Positions 49,377 through 57,413 of a DNA stretch of 58,939 bases are shown one piece after another; position 1 is the stretch's first letter, and each line of letters begins with the position of its first letter. Location: contig RKAV01000041.1 in the NCBI GenBank assembly GCA_014846175.1, positions 1 to 58,939 of the forward strand, written 5' to 3'. The translations under genes and the position numbers were made by a program. This DNA is from a bacterium. GTDB lineage: Bacteria; Bacillota_I; Bacilli_A; RF39; UBA660. Below the pieces are notes generated by a model. It worked only from the letters and a program-made list of their open reading frames with translations. It had not been told where the DNA came from and ran no database searches.

Positions 49377-50233
49377 TCTGTTTCATCAAATAACTTTTTA
49401 TTTTCGTAATTAGTTATAATTACTTCTTCTACTTTTCCCCTTTTTTTCCCGTTAGCATTAATATTTCTTTTAGCTTCTATTATATGGATATTGTAGTCTT
49501 TATATAAATCTTTTATTAGTGGTGTATTATAATTAGATAGCATTACATAACACCCTCTATCAGCTAGTTCTTTATATACTTTAGCAAGTCTAATTTGTTC
49601 ATCTTTACCAAAGCCATTTTCTGTATAACTAGTAAATATTTGTTTTTCTGAATCATAAGGTGGATCAAAGTAGATGAAGTCATTCTTATTAGCAGTTTTA
49701 ACTGCTTCTTCAAAATCTGTATTTAATATGGTTATATCATTAAAGTTTAAATATGAATGAATAATACCAAGATTTTGTCCTTCATAAGTATTTACTTTTA
49801 TTTTTTTACCAAATGGTACATTAAATTCATTCTTACTATTAACTCTATATAAACCGTTGAAACAAGCTTTATTTAGATAAATTGTTCTAGCCGCTCTTTT
49901 ATAATCAGCCATTCGTTTAAATTTAGCTTTATCCCTATCTTTATTTCGTATCTCATAATAATAATCTTCACTATGATTTGTCTCATGATGATTTAATTCA
50001 TTACACATCTTAGTAAACTTTGTTTCATCTTTTATACAGTTAAAGATATTCATTAATTCTTCATTATAATCATTTATCACTGCTTTTCTTGGTGATAACT
50101 CAAATAATAAAGCTCCTCCACCAACAAATGGCTCATAGTATGTATTATATTCATCAGGGGCATATAGTTTTAGTTTATCAATTACTTGTCTTTTACCACC
50201 AGCCCACTTTACAAATGGTTTTCCTTTTATCAT
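49373..50233 (-). CDS. dam: Dam-family DNA adenine-N6 methyltransferase (GATC-type), no recognisable cognate endonuclease
   Basis: FVKWAGGKRQ, EPFVGGGALLF (SAM motif I) and DPPY (motif IV), in the alpha-class order. Confidence 0.9.
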   Translation of the reverse strand: MIKGKPFVKWAGGKRQVIDKLKLYAPDEYNTYYEPFVGGGALLFELSPRKAVINDYNEELMNIFNCIKDETKFTKMCNELNHHETNHSEDYYYEIRNKDRDKAKFKRMADYKRAARTIYLNKACFNGLYRVNSKNEFNVPFGKKIKVNTYEGQNLGIIHSYLNFNDITILNTDFEEAVKTANKNDFIYFDPPYDSEKQIFTSYTENGFGKDEQIRLAKVYKELADRGCYVMLSNYNTPLIKDLYKDYNIHIIEAKRNINANGKKRGKVEEVIITNYENKKLFDETD

Positions 50234-50281
50234 GTATTTGCCTCCTAGTTAAGTTTCATATCAATTATTGTATCAAAAATA

Positions 50282-50311
50282 TTACTAATTGTCAGTACTA
50301 ACAATTAGTAA
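50282..50311. repeat. Perfect 11-bp inverted repeat between the 871-aa ORF and dam
   Basis: TTACTAATTGT (50282..50292), 8-nt loop, ACAATTAGTAA (50301..50311). The minus strand continues TATTTTT, so it may be a terminator or an operator. Confidence 0.5.
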
Positions 50312-50401
50312 ATATGATAATTCATAATGATACAGTAAATTTTCAAATTGATGACTACTAATGCATTATATTGTTTACTATTTACTTGCTAAAAAACATA
50401 T

Positions 50402-53017
50402 CTAATTTATAGCATTAGTATTTTTCTGTAATTTTTTTTCTAATACTTTTGGTTGTTCCTCTTTATTTAACAATGTCATATAACTATTAAACTCTTCTAT
50501 TGCTCTATAATCATTTTTTAAGCATTCGCCAATTCTTTCTTGATATGTTCGGGCTATATACCAATCCTTAGAATAATAAACATTTTTTATTGAATATTTA
50601 CTTATTGGTATATAATCTGTAGGATTAATTGAGTAATTTATAGAGTTTATTACGTTAATTACATTTTCATCATTATTATTATATCCATCTATAAAAAAAT
50701 CAGCAAATTTTATTTCATTCCTAGGATCCATATATGAAACATCTGGATTTTTTGACTTAATATTTCTAAGGTCAAAATTATTATCTTTATATACAATATC
50801 CAAAGTTCTGTGATAGATATCTGTATCTTTATATACCTCATCATCTTTTTCAAATATAGTAGGAGTTGGATAATCTTTTGGAAAATGAGTTGTATTTGGC
50901 TTTAAGTATGAATCACTACCAATACATGCTAAATTAATTGGTTCATTACTTTGTTTAGTAATTTCTACTATCTTTTCTATTCCTTCTTTAAATGTAGTAG
51001 ATATTAAACGACCATTAGCTTCTATTTCTTTATCTACACACTCAATACTATTAGCTATTAGTACATTCCCATTTCTTTTCAACGGACAAAAAGCAGCAAT
51101 ATCACCTGATTTATCATATATTATCAATATTCTACCATTTCTACAAAGTGCTGCATGTAACAAATGATTATGTGCTATATCAAGTGTCCTAATACAACAA
51201 TTAGCTTTATATCCTAGCTCAAATATTTGTGGGTCATCTAATTTCATAGTTTCATAAGTATAACCTCTTGTAGAAGTTCCTTTTACATAAGGGATACTAG
51301 ATTCAACTCTTTTTTTCATTTGTGAATATATTTCAACGATTTTTTTTAATATTTCATTATTACTATTCTGTGTTTTATTTCCCAAAATAATATTTTCTAA
51401 AAAACTATTATTATTTAATAAGTAATTATCTGGAGTTATTATTTTTCTATCTATATCATATTTTTCTGTTTCTAATATTGCATTTACTTTCTTTAATGTA
51501 ATTTTATTATGACATTTTTCTAATATTTCATCATAATTGTTATACAAGTAATACCATGTTTTATATAATTCAGAATTCTTATCATTAAGTATATTTATAA
51601 AATGATTATTATTTGGTGTTTCAAACATAAAGTTAATAAATCTTTTATCTATAATAGGTAAGAATTTACTTCCTTCAGCTTTCATTTCAACTCTTGTTAT
51701 ATCAGTCTTAGCAACATTATCTAAAAACATTTTGTTATATTGCCCATATTTACCACTTAATATTTCTATGCTTCTTTCATATCCAAATATAAAGTACATT
51801 TTGATACATAACCCATATATTGTAGACAATTCATCTTGAGTCTTATCTTCTAAAAATTTAGATAATTTATTAATATGTTTAACATTTACTTTAGATAATT
51901 GTTCTAGAGTCATGCCATGAAGATATCTAGCGTTAGGAAGTGCAATATTAAATTTTAAATAAAACATTAATTTTAAATCTTTTGTTATTTCATCATAATT
52001 ATTAGTTAAATAATTTATATCTCTGTAACTTATTAAACCATTATTTAAATTTCTTTTTAATGTGTTATAGATCATCTCTTGATTAACAGAACCATTTTTT
52101 AATATACGACCAGTTAAATATTTTAAAAATTTCTCTTTAATTGTCTCTTCCTGATTTTCATTTAATAAGATATCATATATTTCTTTCTCTAGGTTAGCTT
52201 GTCTATGAAAGTTTGGATGTCTAAATTGATTTTCTATTTTTTCTCTTATTAATTCGTCTCTAGCTTTTATTTCAGCAAAGAGTTTTTCAAACGACTTACC
52301 ATTCTTAACTATATTATCTGATATATATTTTTTTATATCATTATTATCAATACTATCATTAATATAATTAAGAAAAAATAACTCTTCTGAATTTAATTGT
52401 TTCATTATACTGCTATTAATTCTATCTTTATCAGAACCAAATAGGACTCCTTCTATATTGCTATATCTTTCTCTAAAATCGGTAGGAAGAAGCACCTCCC
52501 TAGTATAAAAATTTAATTTTTCTATTATTTTTAACTGTCTGTCAGTAGGCAATAAGTTAAATTCTTTACTTTTTACTACCTCATCAAAGACTTTTTTTAA
52601 ATCGTATGAATGGAAAAATTTGTCTTCAACTTTATTTTCATTCATGACAATATATAGAAAATATTTATTACTATATATTTGTTTCTTTATAGTTTGTGAT
52701 TTTATATCTTTGTTCAATTTTTCAATATTTTTTATCGTCTGTTCAGTGCAAACAAAGTTATTTAAACTTAATGTTCCTAAAATTAATATTTTTTGAATTT
52801 TATCATTAGTCCATAATTTATTTTGCATAGTGAAACCTGAACTTCTAAAAGTAGAATTGATGGTATTACTATCTAAATTTGAAATAAATTCAATTATACT
52901 CGAATCTATTATTGTATTTATTTGTTCATCTGTTAATTTTTTTAAAGTATTAATCAATTTTTTAGTTTTATACGATCTAATTTTTTTAAGATTTATTTGT
53001 GTAATATTGCTTTGCAT
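50402..53017 (-). CDS. Large ORFan protein (871 aa), Asn/Lys/Ile-rich helical N-terminus and a Cys/His-bearing C-terminal domain
   Basis: Uninterrupted ORF. The ATG at 53017 (MQSNITQ) follows a GAAGGAGAAA RBS (track TTG start 53032). The C-terminal block is GYKANCCIRTLDIAHNHLLHAALCRNG...AAFCPLKRNG...NSIECVD. I could not assign a family. Confidence 0.7.
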   Translation of the reverse strand: MQSNITQINLKKIRSYKTKKLINTLKKLTDEQINTIIDSSIIEFISNLDSNTINSTFRSSGFTMQNKLWTNDKIQKILILGTLSLNNFVCTEQTIKNIEKLNKDIKSQTIKKQIYSNKYFLYIVMNENKVEDKFFHSYDLKKVFDEVVKSKEFNLLPTDRQLKIIEKLNFYTREVLLPTDFRERYSNIEGVLFGSDKDRINSSIMKQLNSEELFFLNYINDSIDNNDIKKYISDNIVKNGKSFEKLFAEIKARDELIREKIENQFRHPNFHRQANLEKEIYDILLNENQEETIKEKFLKYLTGRILKNGSVNQEMIYNTLKRNLNNGLISYRDINYLTNNYDEITKDLKLMFYLKFNIALPNARYLHGMTLEQLSKVNVKHINKLSKFLEDKTQDELSTIYGLCIKMYFIFGYERSIEILSGKYGQYNKMFLDNVAKTDITRVEMKAEGSKFLPIIDKRFINFMFETPNNNHFINILNDKNSELYKTWYYLYNNYDEILEKCHNKITLKKVNAILETEKYDIDRKIITPDNYLLNNNSFLENIILGNKTQNSNNEILKKIVEIYSQMKKRVESSIPYVKGTSTRGYTYETMKLDDPQIFELGYKANCCIRTLDIAHNHLLHAALCRNGRILIIYDKSGDIAAFCPLKRNGNVLIANSIECVDKEIEANGRLISTTFKEGIEKIVEITKQSNEPINLACIGSDSYLKPNTTHFPKDYPTPTIFEKDDEVYKDTDIYHRTLDIVYKDNNFDLRNIKSKNPDVSYMDPRNEIKFADFFIDGYNNNDENVINVINSINYSINPTDYIPISKYSIKNVYYSKDWYIARTYQERIGECLKNDYRAIEEFNSYMTLLNKEEQPKVLEKKLQKNTNAIN

Positions 53018-53383
53018 AGTTTTCTCCTTCAAAAGTAAGATATATTATAACATTAAACTATATGAAATTACACATAAATAAAGAAATTAAGAAGCCGTTA
53101 AAGGAAAAACAAGATTATTATGGAAAAGATAAAAAAATATCACAAATTGAATCCAGTTCCCAGTTTTATTGTAAATGAACATGTGGGATTTTTAAGATTT
53201 AGAAAGAAGGAAAGTACTCCTGAAATGGATTGTCCATACTATGGTGGTACTATGTTTTCTCTTGATTTAAGCTAAAAAATTGAAGTTTTGCTTTAATATT
53301 TTTGTTGGTTGGTTTAATTTTAATAAACCCACTTTTCTTTCAGTAATGATCTAAACGCACTTTCCTTATATATAAAAAAGATG

Positions 53384-53413
53384 ATGACCTAGTCCATTAA
53401 AGGACTAGGTCAT
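53384..53413. repeat. Hairpin repeat copy 1 (terminator of the 297-aa ORF)
   Basis: ATGACCTAGTCCATTAAAGGACTAGGTCAT with an 11-bp stem, A6 before and T6 after. It matches copy 2 at 27/28 positions. Confidence 0.85.
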
Positions 53414-53416
53414 TTT

Positions 53417-54310
53417 TTAATTATTAACTTCTCTCATGACATAAACAAGATCTTTATGCCAATTTTCGTTATGATTAATTTTCTTAATAATATACTTTGA
53501 AGAAAGTAAATCACCTTTTGACATTTTTGATAGTTCCTCCCAATTTTTTACTGGTATCACGTAAGTAGCATTTCCATAATAGCTTGATTCTAGACAACAA
53601 TACTTATTAAATATAAATGCATAATAGCCTGTAAACCCGCCTGTACCACAGAATATATAAATAGGATTAAATTTATTTAACGTCTCTATTCTGTATTCTT
53701 CAAATCCTTTATTCTTACTTTTATGTTTCTTTTTATCTTTTAAAGATTTTATATCTATTTTTATGCCTTTAGGAAGAATTTCCCAATTACATCGTTTAAT
53801 TAATAAATTATCTTTGACAAGATCTAAATCTTCATTAAAGATTTCGCAATAACCAAAGACTTCAAGAAACATATTAATTATCTGTTTTAAAAGACTTTTA
53901 TTAGAATAATCTTTTATATTAGCTATTATAAATTTCCTATCATTTTTATCTTTTGTTAATACCATTTCTATATTTGTTGGACTTACTTCTATTTTAGGAT
54001 ATGCATATCTGTATACATCACTATATCCGGTATGTTCATATCCACCCCAATCTAGTAAAGACCATTCTCTTGTTGTTATATATCTATATACTTTTTCACT
54101 ACTTTTATCTGCATATGAATAACCTTCAGTATTTCTTCTACAATTAATCCCATAATGTGGTGAAGGTTCTATTGATAATCCTTCTTCAAATTCATCTATT
54201 CCTAATTTTTTATATTCATCTTCTGTAATTCTAATTCCAATATAGATTTTCTTACTATCAATTTTGTCTAAAAAATCTATGGAATTAATACGTTTCTTTG
54301 CAATAACCAT
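53417..54310 (-). CDS. ORFan protein, 297 aa
   Basis: Intact ORF with a strong AAGGAGG RBS, 48 nt downstream of the 58-aa gene. No recognisable motif. Confidence 0.7.
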   Translation of the reverse strand: MVIAKKRINSIDFLDKIDSKKIYIGIRITEDEYKKLGIDEFEEGLSIEPSPHYGINCRRNTEGYSYADKSSEKVYRYITTREWSLLDWGGYEHTGYSDVYRYAYPKIEVSPTNIEMVLTKDKNDRKFIIANIKDYSNKSLLKQIINMFLEVFGYCEIFNEDLDLVKDNLLIKRCNWEILPKGIKIDIKSLKDKKKHKSKNKGFEEYRIETLNKFNPIYIFCGTGGFTGYYAFIFNKYCCLESSYYGNATYVIPVKNWEELSKMSKGDLLSSKYIIKKINHNENWHKDLVYVMREVNN

Positions 54311-54358
54311 ATTTTTTCCTCCTTAGCTAGTAAGTAGGAACTACAAGCAAACAACTAA

Positions 54359-54535
54359 CTAATTATTTTCTTTTCTAACACCTTTAAACTTGTCACCGCT
54401 AGTTTTAACATCCATAAATTTTCCAGTGGATGTGTTTCTTTTTACATACAAGTTTGTCTTACCATTAAATGTTTGAGAACGGCCTTTTACTGCTCCAACT
54501 CTTGCATTATCACCTTTTGGTTTATTTACTGCCAT
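54359..54535 (-). CDS. Small basic protein, 58 aa (missed by the ORF track)
   Basis: The ATG at 54535 lies 5 nt after AGGAGGTG. Translation: MAVNKPKGDNARVGAVKGRSQTFNGKTNLYVKRNTSTGKFMDVKTSGDKFKGVRKENN*. Confidence 0.7.
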   Translation of the reverse strand: MAVNKPKGDNARVGAVKGRSQTFNGKTNLYVKRNTSTGKFMDVKTSGDKFKGVRKENN

Positions 54536-54794
54536 AAAGCACCTCCTATTTACATACTCGGAGATTCCTTTTTCTAAAAAATACCTATTTTTTGATCAAA
54601 GACTTGCAATTTTTTTAAATTATTGCTAAGATATTTATAGAACAAGGGTGTCTACTGTTTATCTCCTGTTCTTCATATAGTTTACTTGTGTATTCTATAT
54701 CTTGTGTTGCTATGTAGTTCGTACCTACATATGCATAGAGTATTTGTATTGCTAGCAAATACTTTTTTATTTGCCAAATAATCTATGCAACTTA

Positions 54795-54823
54795 ATAGTA
54801 TCATATTCTTCAAAAATAAGCAA
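54795..54823 (-). promoter_or_regulatory. Candidate promoter giving a ~250-nt leader for the 58-aa/297-aa operon
   Basis: The minus strand reads TTGCTT (54823..54818), 17 nt of spacer, then TGaTACTAT extended -10 (hexamer 54800..54795). Confidence 0.4.
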
Positions 54824-54886
54824 TTTTTGTCGTAAAAAAATCTGCTTTTTTGTTATTTTTATTAGTTTTCTTAGTTAATATATCAA

Positions 54887-54914
54887 ATGACCTAGTCCAT
54901 TAAATGACTAGGTC
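54887..54914. repeat. Hairpin repeat copy 2 (terminator of the RloB-like gene)
   Basis: ATGACCTAGTCCATTAAATGACTAGGTC with a 9-bp stem. It lies directly 3-prime of the minus-strand stop at 54920. Confidence 0.85.
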
Positions 54915-54919
54915 TCTTT

Positions 54920-55531
54920 CTATTTTTCTAATTCATCTATTATTTGATAAACATCTGAGTGAGGATTAGCTTCAACTGATTGAATATCTCTATTATTTTC
55001 TTTTTGATATTTTTCCAATTTTTTAGCATTATCATATGCTTTTTTAGTTTTATCAACAATAATTGGATACATATTACAATTCTTAGTATATTTTGGAAAA
55101 TGCTCTTTTAATCTTTTTATTACTGCATCGCTATTCATGTTAGCAGTCGTATATTCATAATGTAATAAAAACCACGTTTCTATACAAGGTGAAGATGTAA
55201 TTACGACTACACTATTATTTTGTGCTAATTTTATTGTTTCTTTTATTTGAGTGTTTTTACTAGAATTAACATCTGTATCAAATATACAAAATGCTCTATC
55301 ATCATCTTCTAATACTAATCTTAATTCTTTCGCTTTATCTATTGTTTGTTTAACTAAATTTACTGGATCTGTTTCATTACCAGGAACTACTTTAATTGTA
55401 TAATTTTTATCTATACCTTTAAAGCTATCAAAATAATTTCTTTCAGTTTTATTTTTACCCTCATAAGCTACTAATATTACTCTTTTTGATCTACGGTCAT
55501 TTCTATTTCTTTGTCTATCTCTACTGCTCAT
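54920..55531 (-). CDS. RloB-like TOPRIM-type protein (AbiLii / split OLD-nuclease module)
   Basis: VILVAYEGKNKTERNYF (Toprim Glu), AFCIFDTDVN (DxD) and SSPCIETWFLLHYEY match the RloB pattern ILV.CEG.KTE..YF / vFD.D / NPCFE.WlLLHF. Confidence 0.8.
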   Translation of the reverse strand: MSSRDRQRNRNDRRSKRVILVAYEGKNKTERNYFDSFKGIDKNYTIKVVPGNETDPVNLVKQTIDKAKELRLVLEDDDRAFCIFDTDVNSSKNTQIKETIKLAQNNSVVVITSSPCIETWFLLHYEYTTANMNSDAVIKRLKEHFPKYTKNCNMYPIIVDKTKKAYDNAKKLEKYQKENNRDIQSVEANPHSDVYQIIDELEK

Positions 55532-55533
55532 AT

Positions 55534-56778
55534 TTACTCTTTAAAGTCATCAAAATTATTTACTAAGAATGGCACAGCACCATATCTTCCTAATAAATAA
55601 CCCTTCTCAACATTTTCAGATTTTCTTATAGAGAAGTCATCTAAAGCATATAATGTACTTTCTCCATTTTCTGGATTCTTTTCCGTAAACCATATTTGAT
55701 CTCTTCTTAGTAACTCTAAATCTAATAAATTAGTATCATGTGTATTAAATATTAACTGAGCATTATTTTTGTTCAAATCTGGATCATTAAATAATTCAAC
55801 TATATATTTGACAATATATGGGTGCAAGCTTTTATCAAACTCATCAATTAATAATACTTTACCATTATCAATTACATCTTTAATAACTGGTATAAATGAA
55901 AATATTACTTGTGTACCTAATGATTCTTCCGAAATATCAAAATCATATTTATCGCCATTTGCAATATGAGTTGTATTTACTTTAAACATAGGTGTATTTG
56001 TTGGTATAAATGGTCTCATAATATCAGGTAATGTACTAATTAATTCATCCGTCATTTTTTCTTGTATAACCTTATAACCTTTAATATTAAAATCTGCTTT
56101 TTCTAAAAATTTAAGTGCAAATTTTTCTAAAGTTTTATCCTTATCATTATAATACATATTATAAGAATAATTATTTAATTGTTCATATGACATTACTACG
56201 CCTAGTTTCTCAGTTAAAAAATCAAATGCTGGTTTTGTTTTTTCAAAATTCCAATTAGTTGCTGTTGTTATAAAAAATTTATTGGCAGTATTCTTTTCTT
56301 TAACATCATTTAAAAATTTTTCATCACTTACATTAAATGAATATTCATTTATATTTTCTCTATTAAATATTTTAACTGGTCTGCCATTTGGATAATATGT
56401 TAAATATTCTTTATAAATATTTTTAGCATCTGCTTCAAACCCATATATATACCTTACACCATCAATTAGAAATTTTATTTCAAACCCACTTGGCTTCTTT
56501 ATAGTTTCTTTATCTAACTTAAATGGTATTATTGGTAACAAAACATTTGGATTAATAAAATTTGATTGTCTTATCATATTACTTATTAAAGCTAATATTT
56601 TAAATAAATTACTTTTACCAGATGCGTTTGCACCATATAATGCAGTCATCTTTAATAGCTTTTCATTTCCTATACTTGTAAAATTATCTTCCAAAGTATT
56701 GTCTGAAGATGCAATCATTGAAAAAGTATTTTTTTCTTTAAATGATAAAAAATTTGTAATGCTAAATTCTATTAACAT
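55534..56778 (-). CDS. ABC/SMC-like AAA ATPase (AAA_15/21 type; AbiLi/AriA-like)
   Basis: Walker A GANASGKSN, Walker B LLIDEFDKSLHP, then QLIFNTHD. The ATG at 56778 (MLIEFSITNF) follows an AGAGGAG RBS. The stop is 2 nt from the RloB-like start. Confidence 0.8.
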   Translation of the reverse strand: MLIEFSITNFLSFKEKNTFSMIASSDNTLEDNFTSIGNEKLLKMTALYGANASGKSNLFKILALISNMIRQSNFINPNVLLPIIPFKLDKETIKKPSGFEIKFLIDGVRYIYGFEADAKNIYKEYLTYYPNGRPVKIFNRENINEYSFNVSDEKFLNDVKEKNTANKFFITTATNWNFEKTKPAFDFLTEKLGVVMSYEQLNNYSYNMYYNDKDKTLEKFALKFLEKADFNIKGYKVIQEKMTDELISTLPDIMRPFIPTNTPMFKVNTTHIANGDKYDFDISEESLGTQVIFSFIPVIKDVIDNGKVLLIDEFDKSLHPYIVKYIVELFNDPDLNKNNAQLIFNTHDTNLLDLELLRRDQIWFTEKNPENGESTLYALDDFSIRKSENVEKGYLLGRYGAVPFLVNNFDDFKE

Positions 56779-56802
56779 ATAAATCATCTCCTCTTTGTAT
56801 AT

Positions 56803-56832
56803 ATTATATGCATATTTTTGAATAAAAATCAA
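56803..56832 (-). promoter_or_regulatory. Candidate promoter of the ATPase/RloB pair
   Basis: The minus strand reads TTGATT (56832..56827), 18 nt of spacer, TATAAT (56808..56803). Confidence 0.5.
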
Positions 56833-56905
56833 TTTTTTAACAATTATTATTAATTTTTTGTATTTTTTTTGCAATTTTTACATTTTATTTAGCTATTTGT
56901 ACCAG

Positions 56906-57220
56906 CTAGTAATCTAATAAATAATTAACTTCAGAAAGAAAATCATCTATTTTATCTATTAAATCATTATCTAAATAAACATGCTTGCAATCTTTTATTA
57001 ATCCATGTTCATCTTTTGGTAATTCATCTCTTGCTTTTTCAAACTCAGTATAAGTATATAATTTGCCATTACATAGAATCCTTACATTATTATCATATCC
57101 TTTATATAATTCTCTACGCCAGTTCTTTATATCATCTAAAACTGATAGTATTTTATGTCTAGAAGCCACTATTTCCATTTCTCTAGAACTTTCAGTTTCA
57201 AATACGTATTTATCATTCAT
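56906..57220 (-). CDS. Hypothetical 104-aa acidic protein
   Basis: Intact ORF whose start overlaps the upstream stop by 8 nt (ATGAATGA). Confidence 0.6.
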   Translation of the reverse strand: MNDKYVFETESSREMEIVASRHKILSVLDDIKNWRRELYKGYDNNVRILCNGKLYTYTEFEKARDELPKDEHGLIKDCKHVYLDNDLIDKIDDFLSEVNYLLDY

Positions 57221-57413
57221 CTTTTTTATCCTCCTTCTCTACTTCAGATAATTCTTCATAATCTTCTTCATATCCTAATCTTCTTAAATAATCTTTTCCA
57301 CCATCAACTGCAACTGCACCACATTTACAAAATTCAAAATCATGTCTATAAGTAGATTCAATAACATCTCCACATTTTTTACATTTAATTTTATTAACTA
57401 TTATCTTATTCAT
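57213..57413 (-). CDS. 66-aa zinc-ribbon protein with acidic tail
   Basis: CKKCGDVIES...HDFEFCKCG supplies four Cys ligands. The start overlaps the AbiEi-like stop by 8 nt (ATGAATAA). Confidence 0.6.
   Translation of the reverse strand: MNKIIVNKIKCKKCGDVIESTYRHDFEFCKCGAVAVDGGKDYLRRLGYEEDYEELSEVEKEDKKDE

Noticed and set aside
53063-53275. Two short plus-strand ORFs (38 and 51 aa). The second contains DCPYYGG, which looks like a degenerate CPxCG zinc ribbon, so I considered an IS/transposase remnant marking an insertion point.
   Set aside because: There is no RBS, no inverted terminal repeats and no second Cys pair, and the similarity rests on 5 residues. The evidence is insufficient without a BLASTX hit.
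49373-54310. A Dam methylase plus a neighbouring ORF as a DpnII/MboI-type GATC restriction-modification system.
   Set aside because: Neither the 871-aa nor the 297-aa protein resembles the DpnII/MboI endonuclease sequences I know, and GATC sites are visibly present in the window. I keep dam as an orphan and leave a functional link open (see findings).
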